The notes below the pieces were generated by a model. The model did not search any database. It saw only the letters and a program-made list of their open reading frames with translations, and had not been told where the DNA came from. DNA of 64,000 bases. Source: Dehalococcoidia bacterium. Its GTDB lineage: Bacteria; Chloroflexota; Dehalococcoidia; Plut-88900. The first letter of the stretch is position 1. Every line of letters starts with the position of its first letter. Of the stretch, positions 1 to 9,726 are shown one piece after another. The stretch lies in the NCBI GenBank assembly GCA_965207225.1, contig CBDBLV010000003.1, positions 295,419 through 359,418 on the forward strand. Reading direction: 5' to 3'. A program made the position numbers and the translations under genes.

Positions 1-318
1 GGAGTGGGGTGGATTCCCTACGTAATCGACCGCATGGACCACGAGGGCGAGGGGATTAAGGGGCTAAGCCTGCAACCCAGCGGGTATTGGTACCGGCAGG
101 GCTACTCCACCTTCCAGAAGGAAGGAATAGCCGGAGAACTCCTTTCTCTCATCGGTGAGGACAATGCCATCTGGGGCAACGACTATCCCCACAACGACTG
201 CGTGTGGCCCGACTCCCTTGAAACCATAGAGTTCAACCTGAAGGGCCTGGAAGACGAGACCGCCCGACGCAAAGTCATCTGTGAAAATGCAGGTCGGCTC
301 TACGGGTTCATCAACTAA
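1..318 (+). CDS. Amidohydrolase family protein (Amidohydro_2-like), 5'-truncated by the window edge
   Basis: Frame is open from base 1. It carries GWIPY..RMD and WGNDYPHND motifs and is a close paralog of the C-terminus of 412..1539. Confidence 0.85.
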   Translation, partial: GVGWIPYVIDRMDHEGEGIKGLSLQPSGYWYRQGYSTFQKEGIAGELLSLIGEDNAIWGNDYPHNDCVWPDSLETIEFNLKGLEDETARRKVICENAGRLYGFIN

Positions 319-411
319 TTCCAAAATGCCTCTACCCATCGGCAACCCCCGCTGCAGATTCTCCTACGCGATGCCGGTGGACCCGTACACGGCGCCGGGC
401 AAAACCTTGGC

Positions 412-1539
412 ATGAGCTATCGCATAATATCGGGCGATGCGCACGTCGACCTGAGCTACCTGCCCCATACCCTCTTCGTGGACAATGCACCTTCCCAATT
501 GAAGGACAAGATGCCTCACGTGGAGGACTCCCCTTTTGGCCTACTTTGGATGGCCGACGGCAAGTTTATTGCCCAGGTGAGCAAAATATCCTTTGGCGAA
601 TGGACCACACCGAGCGTCCTGCACCGCAAGAAACGGTTTGACGAGGTAGGCTTCCTCGATGACTCCAGCAAAGGCATTTACCGCCCCACCGATCCGGAAC
701 TCAGAATCAAAGACCAGGACCTGGACAATATAGACGCTGAGGTCATCTATGGCCTGGTCTTTGGTTCGGAACACATCCAGGACCGGAAGGTGCGCTCCCT
801 GGTATATGGCATCTACAACAACTGGGCTGCCGAGTTCTCCAAGTCCAACCCGGAACGTCTGGCTTGCCTCGCATGCCTGCCTCATGATGATCCCCAGGCC
901 GCTGCGGAAGAGTTGAGACGAGCCGCGACCTTAGGGCTAAAGGGCGCCGAACTCCGTGGTCTGCTTACCTCTACTCCTCTCTTCCACAGGGACTGGGATG
1001 TCCTGTGGCAGGCCTCGGTAGAGTGCAACATGCCGATATCCTTCCATCTCATGGGTAACCGTCCCAAGGCCAAAAGGCCCAGCAACAAGGAGTATTTCGA
1101 GTTCTATTTGACCCTTCTTTTAACTATGGCCCAGCTGGACGGTGTCGAGCACCTCAGCAGCATCATCCTTTCTGGGGCATGCGAAAGGTTCCCCGATTTC
1201 AAGTTTGTCCTAGGGGAGGCGGGCATAGGCTGGATCCCCTACGTCATAGACCGCATGGACCACGAGGGTGAGGGCATCAAGGGCCTCAGGATCCCGCCCA
1301 GTGGCTACTGGCGCCGCCAGGGATTCTCCACCTTTCAGAAAGAAGGTATTGCTGGAGAGATGCTCTCCCTTGTCGGTGAGGACAACGTCATCTGGGGCAA
1401 CGACTACCCTCACAACGACTGCGTCTGGCCCGACTCCCTTGAAACCATCGAGTTCAACCTAAAAGGTCTCGAGGGCGAGTCCGTGCGCCGGAAAGTGGTC
1501 TGCGAAAACGCCGGCAAGCTCTACGGGTTCCTCCATTAG
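412..1539 (+). CDS. Amidohydrolase family protein (Amidohydro_2 / LigW-like)
   Basis: N-terminal ISGDAHV metal motif, SFH, LGEAGIGW and C-terminal WGNDYPH. Confidence 0.9.
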   Translation: MSYRIISGDAHVDLSYLPHTLFVDNAPSQLKDKMPHVEDSPFGLLWMADGKFIAQVSKISFGEWTTPSVLHRKKRFDEVGFLDDSSKGIYRPTDPELRIKDQDLDNIDAEVIYGLVFGSEHIQDRKVRSLVYGIYNNWAAEFSKSNPERLACLACLPHDDPQAAAEELRRAATLGLKGAELRGLLTSTPLFHRDWDVLWQASVECNMPISFHLMGNRPKAKRPSNKEYFEFYLTLLLTMAQLDGVEHLSSIILSGACERFPDFKFVLGEAGIGWIPYVIDRMDHEGEGIKGLRIPPSGYWRRQGFSTFQKEGIAGEMLSLVGEDNVIWGNDYPHNDCVWPDSLETIEFNLKGLEGESVRRKVVCENAGKLYGFLH

Positions 1540-1566
1540 TCCAATCACCTTCACAGGACCCTGACA

Positions 1567-3627
1567 ATGTGCATAACTATCGGGATCGACATCGGCGGGA
1601 CGTTTACGGACGTCGTGGCCCTGGACAACGAATCGGGGGAACTGCAGTACACCAAGGTCAACTCCACGCCCCCGAGGCTGGTGGACGGCTTTATGCAAGG
1701 TGCGGACAGGGTCCGGGAGATGTCCTCCGCCCACTTTTCCGATGTTTCGCGAATAGCCCACGGGACTACCATAGGGACCAATGCGATCCTGGAGGCCCGC
1801 GGCTCTGCTATCGGCATCCTGACCACCAAGGGCTTCGAGGACGTCCTTACTATCGGACGGCAGAAGCGGTCCGACATGTACGACGTGTTCATAGAGCCCG
1901 AAACCCCTGTCTTTCTAGCGCCCCGTCGCCGCATCATCGGCATTGAGGAGCGCATATATCCCGACGGGGGGGTCGACGTCGCGTTGGACGAAGCAGAGGT
2001 GGCCCAGGCCGTCCGCACTTTGGTGGAGGAACACGGTGTGGAGGCCGTTGCCGTTTGCTACCTCTTCTCCTTCGCCAACGCCGCCCACGAAGAGCGTACC
2101 CGGGACATCATCCAGCGGGACTTTCCAGACCTGCGGGTCTCGCTGTCCTCGGAGCTTGATCCCCGGTTCCGGGAGTATGAAAGGCTCTGCCTGACGGCCT
2201 TCGACGCCTACCTGAGGCCCGTCCTGGAACGCTATATCGGCGAGGTGAATGGCGCCCTTACCGAAGGCGGGGTGAAGGGCCGGCTCCACATCATTCACTC
2301 CCGGGGCGGCATCACCAGCGACGAGACGATCTTGTCTAACACGGTTTCCACGGTTTTGTCGGGTCCCGCAGCGGGGGTGATCGGCGGAGTCCATGCAGGC
2401 AAGCTCAGCGACCTGACGGACCTGATCACCCTGGACATGGGGGGCACCAGCTGCGACATCTCGCTGGTGGACAAGGGCAGGCCCGTCCTCTCCAGCGAGG
2501 GTAAGATAGCCAAATACCCGCTGCGGCAGCCCATGCTGGACATCAACACCATCGGGGCGGGGGGCGGGAGCATCGCGTGGGTTGACGGAAGCGGAGCCCT
2601 GAGGGTCGGGCCCCGGAGTGCGGGCGCATCGCCCGGTCCGGCAGCCTACGGGCAGGGCGGGGTGGAGCCGACGGTGACCGATGCAAGCCTTGCCCTGGGG
2701 TATCTTGACCCCGACTTCTTCGCCGGGGGCACCATGCGCCTGTCCGTGGAAAAGGCGCAGGAAGCCGTGCGCACCCACATCGCAGAGCCCCTGGGCATCG
2801 ATGTGCTGGAAGCCGCCCACGGCATCCACACCATTGTGAACAACCACATGGCCGACGAAGTCCGCCTGGTGTCGGTATTCAGGGGCTACGATCCCCGCAA
2901 TTTCTCGCTGGTCGCGCTGGGTGGTGCGGGACCGGTGCACGCGGGTCGGCTGGCTGTGCAGACCAACATAGGCAAGGTGCTCGTGCCTCAGAACCCGGGG
3001 GTGTTGTCGGCGTTCGGACTGCTGGTGGCGAACCTGGAGCACGAAAGAGCACGGACTTTCCGGGTCCGCGCCGTAGATGCCGTCCCCTCCGAACTGCAAC
3101 GGGTATTTGATGATCTGGACGCCGACTGCCGCGTACAGATGGACAGGGACGCGGCCCCCGGACGCCCGATACACGTGGCCAGGTCAGTTGAAGTCCGGTA
3201 CGTCGGGCAGTCCTATGAACTGGAGGTGTCCGTAGCCGGAGATATCGTAGACAAAGCGGCCATAGCGCAGGTTATAGAAGACTTCCACACGATCCACGAC
3301 CGGGTCTACGGGCACCGGGACTCCGATGAACTGGTCGAACTGGTCACTTTCAGGGTTGTGCTGTCCCAGGCGCCGGGCCGGGCCCCGGGGGGCGCGGTCT
3401 TCTCGGCGGCAGAAGGAACAGCAACTCCCCGCACCACCCGGAAGGCTTACTTCCCTGAAGCCGGGGGCCTGGTGCACACCCCGATCTACGACCGTGACTC
3501 GCTGGGGTCGGGTGCAGCATTGAAAGGGCCCGCGATTGTACAGCAGTTGGACACCACCACGGTCGTCTACCCGGGCAGCTCGGCGTCGATTGACGCCCAC
3601 GGAAACCTGATAATAGAAGTCGGCTGA
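1567..3627 (+). CDS. Hydantoinase/oxoprolinase family protein, subunit A (ATP-dependent N-methylhydantoinase A-like)
   Basis: IGIDIGGTFTD, HGTTIGTNA, SGPAAG, DMGGTSCD, IGAGGGS, PTVTDA and RYVGQSYEL motifs. Confidence 0.93.
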   Translation: MCITIGIDIGGTFTDVVALDNESGELQYTKVNSTPPRLVDGFMQGADRVREMSSAHFSDVSRIAHGTTIGTNAILEARGSAIGILTTKGFEDVLTIGRQKRSDMYDVFIEPETPVFLAPRRRIIGIEERIYPDGGVDVALDEAEVAQAVRTLVEEHGVEAVAVCYLFSFANAAHEERTRDIIQRDFPDLRVSLSSELDPRFREYERLCLTAFDAYLRPVLERYIGEVNGALTEGGVKGRLHIIHSRGGITSDETILSNTVSTVLSGPAAGVIGGVHAGKLSDLTDLITLDMGGTSCDISLVDKGRPVLSSEGKIAKYPLRQPMLDINTIGAGGGSIAWVDGSGALRVGPRSAGASPGPAAYGQGGVEPTVTDASLALGYLDPDFFAGGTMRLSVEKAQEAVRTHIAEPLGIDVLEAAHGIHTIVNNHMADEVRLVSVFRGYDPRNFSLVALGGAGPVHAGRLAVQTNIGKVLVPQNPGVLSAFGLLVANLEHERARTFRVRAVDAVPSELQRVFDDLDADCRVQMDRDAAPGRPIHVARSVEVRYVGQSYELEVSVAGDIVDKAAIAQVIEDFHTIHDRVYGHRDSDELVELVTFRVVLSQAPGRAPGGAVFSAAEGTATPRTTRKAYFPEAGGLVHTPIYDRDSLGSGAALKGPAIVQQLDTTTVVYPGSSASIDAHGNLIIEVG

Positions 3628-3696
3628 GTCTGCATAAGCGAACCGACTGAACAGTCTCTCGTGCTATAATTTTCTGTACGTTCGTGAGATAAACCC

Positions 3697-4950
3697 GTGC
3701 CCGAAAACACTTTCCCCGTCTTCGTCAACGCTCACACCCACAGTCACTCTATGCCTTACAAAGGCCAGGTGGGGTCGGCGCCCTTTGATGTCTGGATCGC
3801 TTACCGGCTGGCGTCCAACGTGGGCAAGCTCTCCGCCTCCGACCAGGTCGCCTGCGCACTGGCTTGCGGCATGGAGAATCTGAATGCAGGCAACGCCGGT
3901 ATCATAGACCACCTCTACTCCCCCATAACCGCGGAGAACGTCTACGGGGTAGCGGAGGCCTACGAATCCCTGGGAATCCGGGCCTGGGTATTTCCCAACA
4001 TAGACAATCTTCCTGTCGGGATCTACACCCGGCGCTTTTTCCCCGGCTACCCCAAGGCCATCCCCGACGACTCCCTCCCCGAGGAGATCCAGACCAGGGT
4101 TGAGCCTCTCCCCTTCGAGCCGAGGCTTGATGCGCTGATTGAACTCATCAAGGGCTGGAAAGGTAAGCGTGTGCAGATCGGCCTGGCCCTGGGCAACGCA
4201 GTCTGGTGCACCGACGAATTGATGGTGGCGGCGAGGGACGTGCTATCGAGCCTGGACGTGCCCCTGGAGATCCACGTTGAGGAGTCTCCCGTTCAGCGAG
4301 AAGCGGCCATGCACCAGTGGGGGATGAGCGGTGTGCAAAGGCTGGACAAGTTCGGGCTGCTTACCGACCGGACCCTGGCCGCCCACTGTGTACAGGTTTC
4401 GCGGGACGACGTGGAACTGCTGGGCGAGCGGGGGGTCTCGGTGTCCCACAACCCCCTGAGCAACATGAAGCTCCAGAACGGCATAACGCCCGTGGGCACG
4501 ATGCTTCGGGAGGGTGTTAACGTGACCCTGGGGAGCGACGGCTCGAACTCAGGCGACGAGCAGGGTCTCGGGCCGGTGATGCGGCTGGCTGCCTCCCTTG
4601 CCAGGCTTAACGGCATCCAGCAGATCAGCGAGGACATCGAACCCAAGGTGGTAGAGTTGGGCAGCGCCAACGGGCACCGTCTCTGGTTCCCCGATGAAAT
4701 TGTGGATGACCGAATCGAGTTCGACGGGCCCATTGACCCGGTCAAGCTGGTCTGGACCGACACGGGGAGCAGCATCCAGGAAGTGCACGTGGACGGCGAG
4801 GCTGTATTGCAAAAGGCCCGCTCCGTTTATGAACGGTCGGGCGCTGCCGAGACCATCACAGAGCTGGCAAAGAACGCCATCACCCCCGAGGGCGAAGAAC
4901 TGGTCCGTCAAATCCAGCCCCTCTTCAAGTGGTACGCCCAGTCCAAGTGA
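3697..4950 (+). CDS. Amidohydrolase family protein (SsnA/MtaD-like metal-dependent deaminase)
   Basis: FVNAHTH, IHVEE, AAHCV, HNPLSNMKL and LGSDG motifs; GTG start. Confidence 0.85.
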   Translation: MPENTFPVFVNAHTHSHSMPYKGQVGSAPFDVWIAYRLASNVGKLSASDQVACALACGMENLNAGNAGIIDHLYSPITAENVYGVAEAYESLGIRAWVFPNIDNLPVGIYTRRFFPGYPKAIPDDSLPEEIQTRVEPLPFEPRLDALIELIKGWKGKRVQIGLALGNAVWCTDELMVAARDVLSSLDVPLEIHVEESPVQREAAMHQWGMSGVQRLDKFGLLTDRTLAAHCVQVSRDDVELLGERGVSVSHNPLSNMKLQNGITPVGTMLREGVNVTLGSDGSNSGDEQGLGPVMRLAASLARLNGIQQISEDIEPKVVELGSANGHRLWFPDEIVDDRIEFDGPIDPVKLVWTDTGSSIQEVHVDGEAVLQKARSVYERSGAAETITELAKNAITPEGEELVRQIQPLFKWYAQSK

Positions 4951-4965
4951 GAAAGTGTATTTTCA

Positions 4966-6264
4966 ATGGCCACTAAGACCGACGTCATAGTCATCGGCGG
5001 GGGCATCTCGGGATGCGCTACCGCGTACAACCTGGCCAAACGGGGCGCCCACGTCATTCTCCTGGAAAAAGGCCAGATAGCAGACGAGGCTTCCGGAAGG
5101 ACCTGGGGCGCCGTCCGACGCCAGGGCCGCCAGGCGCCCGAAGTGCCCCTGGCCATCGAGAGCCTAAAGCTGTGGGACAAGCTTCGCGAGGAGCTGGGCA
5201 CTGAGACCCACTTCATCCGCGGCGGCAACCTACTTCTCGCCGGAAACGCCAGGGAGCTGGCTGACTTCGAGAACACCGTCAGGATAACCAAGGAATATGG
5301 ACTGGAGTCGGACATCGTGACCCGGGAGCGGGCCCGGGAGATCCTGCCCGGCCTTTCCGGCAAGTTCGTCGGCGGAATGTATTCTCCCAGTGACGGTTAT
5401 GCCCACCCGGTCAAGACGACTACGGCCTTCGCCAGGGCCGCCCAGGAGAATGGTGCAACCGTGCGCACCGGATGTTCCGTTGAGAGCATCGAGACCTCGG
5501 GCGGGCAGGTCAAGGGTGTGGTCACCGAGCGTGGCGAAAGGATAGAGGCCGACGTTGTGGTAAATGCCGCCGGGGTCTGGGCCCCCCGCCTGGCAAGGAC
5601 CTGTGACGTCAAGGTACCCGTGCGTATCATCCGCACCCACGTGACCATCACCGAACCGGTGCCGGACTACAAAGCACCCCTTGTCTGGTCGCCCACCGTT
5701 TCCTTCCGGCCGACCGCTGACGGAAATATCCTGCTAGGCGCAGGCGCCGCACTGAAGGCCGACCATGACATCGATCTAACGTCCCTCACCGACATCAGGT
5801 ATTTCCTCCCGGGACTCAGCCAGTTCAGGAAACAGATTTCCTTCCACGTGGGAAGCCAGCTCCTTAACGACGTACTGAGCCATGTGCCCGGCACGGTCCA
5901 GAACCGGAAGTTCTTCTCGACAACCGTCGGGGTGGAACCGGAGGTTAACTGGGCGACCATACGCCGCATGCGCAGGGGCTTCTTCCAGCACATGCCCCAC
6001 CTGAGCGGTCTGCGCTTCGTGAAGACGTGGGCGGGCCTGATAGACATCACCCCCGACATCCTCCCCGTCCTGGGAGAAGCGCCCACGGTCAAGGGTCTAA
6101 TGCTGGCCACGGGCTTCAGCGGCCACGGCTTCGCCCTGGGCCCGATCACCGGCAAGCTGATGTCGGAGCTTATCCTGGACGGAACTCCGTCGCTGTCTCT
6201 CTATGACTTCCGGCTGACCCGCTTCGCCGAGCAGGGCGTGGGCACTATCCGAAGGCTGCAGTAG
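4966..6264 (+). CDS. FAD-dependent oxidoreductase, DAO/DadA/sarcosine oxidase beta-like
   Basis: VIGGGISG dinucleotide fold, ASGRTWG, WAGLIDITPD and GFSGHGFALGP. Confidence 0.9.
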   Translation: MATKTDVIVIGGGISGCATAYNLAKRGAHVILLEKGQIADEASGRTWGAVRRQGRQAPEVPLAIESLKLWDKLREELGTETHFIRGGNLLLAGNARELADFENTVRITKEYGLESDIVTRERAREILPGLSGKFVGGMYSPSDGYAHPVKTTTAFARAAQENGATVRTGCSVESIETSGGQVKGVVTERGERIEADVVVNAAGVWAPRLARTCDVKVPVRIIRTHVTITEPVPDYKAPLVWSPTVSFRPTADGNILLGAGAALKADHDIDLTSLTDIRYFLPGLSQFRKQISFHVGSQLLNDVLSHVPGTVQNRKFFSTTVGVEPEVNWATIRRMRRGFFQHMPHLSGLRFVKTWAGLIDITPDILPVLGEAPTVKGLMLATGFSGHGFALGPITGKLMSELILDGTPSLSLYDFRLTRFAEQGVGTIRRLQ

Positions 6265-6344
6265 TCTGCCCTCCAGCTAGCCGTTACTTATACGGCAACG
6301 CTTCCGAAATTATGGCGGGGTAGGGTCTATGCCCTCTGCCTATG

Positions 6345-6548
6345 AGAGGCCTTTGCGTAACCTGTTGAATACAGGGACCCTCTCCCAGAATCCGCTCGAC
6401 CCTACGGCCCTGCTCGGGATGAGCAGATTCTGGGACACATCGAAAGTATCGGTAGCGCCATCCGTGCGTGATTCCCCACGCCAGATTTACGCCTTGGGCG
6501 TATCTACGACCTCGGGGGCATCGAAATGACAGCTATGCAAAGGCTTCT
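6345..6548. mobile_element. Putative ~200-bp MITE / non-autonomous element between convergent genes
   Basis: Imperfect terminal inverted repeats AGAGGCCTTTGCGTAACCTGT and ACAGCTATGCAAAGGCTTCT. Internal hairpin TCCCAGAATC..GATTCTGGGA. No ORF of note. Confidence 0.5.
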
Positions 6549-6593
6549 ATAAAGGGGATGGAGAGGGGCCGCTTTTCCATTGAGGGGAAGGGC

Positions 6594-8255
6594 TTAGGTC
6601 TTCACGAGGATGCGGGTAGCGAGGTCGCCTGCTTCGTCCAGATTGCTGACGATGCGGTCCCGGGGGACCTTGTCGAGGGCGCCCAGGGCCTGCAAGGTGT
6701 CGGCGATGCGGTCCTGCAGGCCTATGACAACCACATGGATGCCTTTATCAAGGGCGGCTTCTATCATGTGCTCCACCGTAAGGGCGGCGCTGTCGTCCAT
6801 GTAAACCGTGTCGGAGAAGTCCATCACGACCAGCTTGTGCTCGGAGATGTCGACGTTCAGGGCGTCCATAATCTTGTTGGAGGAGGCCACGGTGAAGCTG
6901 CCGCGGAAGGAAACGAGCCCGCAGCGGGCGGATAACTCCTCATCCAGTGAGTCGGGCCCCGGGTCTTCTCCCTCCCTCGCATCGCCACCGGAGGCCTTCA
7001 GGAACCCAGCGTCCAGGAGGGGGACGGAGACCACGTTGTCCATTTCCATGAACTCGAACTTGCGGGCGCTGGCCATGCCGGCGGCAATGAGGCCTATAGC
7101 CACGGCGGTTATCAGGTCCAGTAACACCGTCAAGGCCAGTGTGACGCCCATAACCGCCAGATGCTCTCTCTTCATCTTGTGAATGCGGGCCATGAATCGC
7201 CGGTCGATGATGTCCCATCCCACCTTCATGAGGATGCCGGCCAGCACGGCGTGGGGGATCTGCTCCACGTAGGGGCCCAGACCAAGCACTATGGCCAGCA
7301 GTATTCCGGCCCGGGCAATGCCGGCAAGCAGAGACCTCCCGCCTGCCCGGATGTTCACCACAGTGTCCAAGGTGGAGCCGGAGCCCGGCAACCCTCCGAT
7401 GAGCCCTGCCGCCATGTTTCCCAATCCCTGGCCCACCAGTTCACGGTTGGCATTGTGTCGGGTGCGGGTCATGGAGTCGGCGACCAGGGAGGTGATCAGG
7501 CTGTCTATGGATCCCAGAAGGGCAATGGTGACGGCGGGCACAACGGCATCGAGCACCACGCTTCCGGAGAGGTCGGGCAACATGAAGTCGGGCAGTCCGG
7601 TGGGTACGTCGCCGATGGTGGGTGCGGCGGTGAACCAGAACATCCCCATGAGAGTACCGACGACAAGGGCCATCAGGGTGGGGGGGATGACCTTTTGGAA
7701 CCGGGAGGGCCAGAGCGCGCCGATGGCGAGGGTCACGGAGGCGATGAGCAGAGCGCTGAAATTCACGTCGCCAAGGGCCTCGGGAATTTCGCCCAGGGCG
7801 GCCAGAGGCCCGCCGGTGACCACTTTATGGCCCAGGAAGGGCAGCACGTGCACCAGCATGACGATGACGCCTATCCCGGACATGAACCCGGAGATAACGG
7901 AGTAGGGGGTGTAGGAGATAAAGCGGCCTATGCGCAGGGCGCCCAAAAGGATTTGGATGAGGCCGGCTATGACCACAATAGTGAAGGCCTTGGTAAGGTC
8001 GTCGGCGTACAGGGTGACCACCACGGCCATGGCGACGGACATGGGCCCCGTGGGTCCGGAGATTTGACCCCTGGTGCCGCCGAAGACAGCGGCAAAGAGC
8101 CCGACAGCGATGGAGCCGTACAGCCCCGGCAGAGGGCCCAGGCCGCTGGCCACGCCGAAGGCCAAGGCCACCGGCAGCCCGACCACCGCGGCGGTGACCC
8201 CGCCGAACAGATCACCTCGCAGGGCTTCCGGACTGTAGGATTTCAGGAAGCTCAT
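6594..8255 (-). CDS. SulP family anion (sulfate/bicarbonate, BicA-like) transporter with STAS domain
   Basis: GDLFGGVTAAVVGLPVALAFGVASG, GGTRGQISGPTG, NRELVGQG and the STAS motif DFSDTVYMDDSA. Confidence 0.93.
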   Translation of the reverse strand: MSFLKSYSPEALRGDLFGGVTAAVVGLPVALAFGVASGLGPLPGLYGSIAVGLFAAVFGGTRGQISGPTGPMSVAMAVVVTLYADDLTKAFTIVVIAGLIQILLGALRIGRFISYTPYSVISGFMSGIGVIVMLVHVLPFLGHKVVTGGPLAALGEIPEALGDVNFSALLIASVTLAIGALWPSRFQKVIPPTLMALVVGTLMGMFWFTAAPTIGDVPTGLPDFMLPDLSGSVVLDAVVPAVTIALLGSIDSLITSLVADSMTRTRHNANRELVGQGLGNMAAGLIGGLPGSGSTLDTVVNIRAGGRSLLAGIARAGILLAIVLGLGPYVEQIPHAVLAGILMKVGWDIIDRRFMARIHKMKREHLAVMGVTLALTVLLDLITAVAIGLIAAGMASARKFEFMEMDNVVSVPLLDAGFLKASGGDAREGEDPGPDSLDEELSARCGLVSFRGSFTVASSNKIMDALNVDISEHKLVVMDFSDTVYMDDSAALTVEHMIEAALDKGIHVVVIGLQDRIADTLQALGALDKVPRDRIVSNLDEAGDLATRILVKT

Positions 8256-8418
8256 GCTATGAGAATATACCCAATTCCGGTTGCCAACTTCTACAAATAC
8301 GGCGGCGCATTCTTCTTCAACGACGACATCCGTCGCTGTCTCTATACTTCGTCAGGCTGACGCTCTTCGCAAAGCCGGGCGTGGGCACGATCCGAAGGTT
8401 GCAGTAGCAGAGCGCCGA

Positions 8419-9726
8419 TTATCGGGACCCGGTCAGGTAGTCGTCGCCGATTTGGCCTAGCTCTTCCAGTTCTCTGTATCGCTGAGGGCTGAGACCCATC
8501 AGGTCCCGGTAAACGTACTCGTTATGTTCACCTAGACACGGTGCGGGACGCCGGATACGGTTGGGATGGGTCGAAATGCGGCCCATGATTCCCGCATACC
8601 TGTGCGTTCCGGCCTCCGGGTGAGTGACGGCCTGGAAGAAGTCGAGGGCCTCCAGCTGGGGGTCGGCGTGGGCCTGGGCCGTGTCGTGGACCATGCCGGC
8701 GGGCACCCCGGCCGCCTGGAGCGTCTCCATGACCTCTCTGGACGTGAGGCCCCGGGTCCATTCGGAAATGTGGGCGTCGATCTCCTCCTGGCGCCTCCAG
8801 CGACCCAGGACGTGGGAGTAATTCCGGTCCAACGCCCACGAGGGTCGGCCCAGGGCTTGTACCAGGCCTTCCCATTCTTCATCCGTACCCACGGTAATCG
8901 ACACCCACTGGTCGTCACCGGCGCAGGGGTAAACGCCGTGGGGGGCCATGGACGGGTCTGCGTTGCCTAATGCTGACTGGACGCGCCCGTTCATGGTGTA
9001 GTCCACAAAGGCCTCTGCGAGGAAGGGGATGAGGCCCTCGGAGAGGGGGGCGTCGATGAGCTGCCCCTCACCAGTGGCCTGCAGGTGCCGCAGGGCAACT
9101 AGAATTGAGAAGGCCCCGGTAATGCCGGCAACAGCGTCGGAGGGATACACGTCGTCCTTCAGGGACGGGTCGATGTCGGAGTAGCTTCGGACCCAGGTAT
9201 GGCCGATGAAACCCTCTATGTGGGAACCCCAGGCCTTGATGTCTCTGTATGGGCCTGTCTGTCCATATCCGGGCATCCTGGCCATTATCAGGTCGGGCTT
9301 CACCTTGCGGAGGTGGGAGTAGTCGAGGTCGAAGTCGTCCAGAAGAGCGGGAGGATGGTTCTCCAGGACGACGTCCGATATGGACACCAGGTCCAACAGC
9401 AGGTCCCGACCACCCTCCATGTCATGGTCCACCGTAGTGCCCAGCTTATTCCTGTTCAGGGCGTTGAAGCTCACGTAGCGGTTCCAGGGCCTTTCGCCGC
9501 CGTCCCAGTCTGGGTAGGCCCTGGACCACATGCGCTCTTCCTCGGGGACTACGCCCCTGTGGTCGACGGACAGGCCCCGGGTGCCGACCGGAAAGCGCAC
9601 CCGGCTCTCGACCTGAATTACCTCGGCGCCCCAGTCCGCGAGAAGGGTCCCGGCATAGGGCCCGGCCCAGGCCTGGGTAATGGACACGACGCGGATTCCT
9701 TCCAAGGGGAGTGGTTGTTCAACCAC
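8419..9726 (-). CDS. Family III CoA transferase (CaiB/BaiF), catalytic-Asp-containing subunit
   Basis: PLEGIRVV..WAGP..LADWGAEVI, NRNK, GYGQTGPY, YPSDAVAG, GEGQLID and APCLGEHN. Confidence 0.92.
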   Translation of the reverse strand: MVEQPLPLEGIRVVSITQAWAGPYAGTLLADWGAEVIQVESRVRFPVGTRGLSVDHRGVVPEEERMWSRAYPDWDGGERPWNRYVSFNALNRNKLGTTVDHDMEGGRDLLLDLVSISDVVLENHPPALLDDFDLDYSHLRKVKPDLIMARMPGYGQTGPYRDIKAWGSHIEGFIGHTWVRSYSDIDPSLKDDVYPSDAVAGITGAFSILVALRHLQATGEGQLIDAPLSEGLIPFLAEAFVDYTMNGRVQSALGNADPSMAPHGVYPCAGDDQWVSITVGTDEEWEGLVQALGRPSWALDRNYSHVLGRWRRQEEIDAHISEWTRGLTSREVMETLQAAGVPAGMVHDTAQAHADPQLEALDFFQAVTHPEAGTHRYAGIMGRISTHPNRIRRPAPCLGEHNEYVYRDLMGLSPQRYRELEELGQIGDDYLTGSR

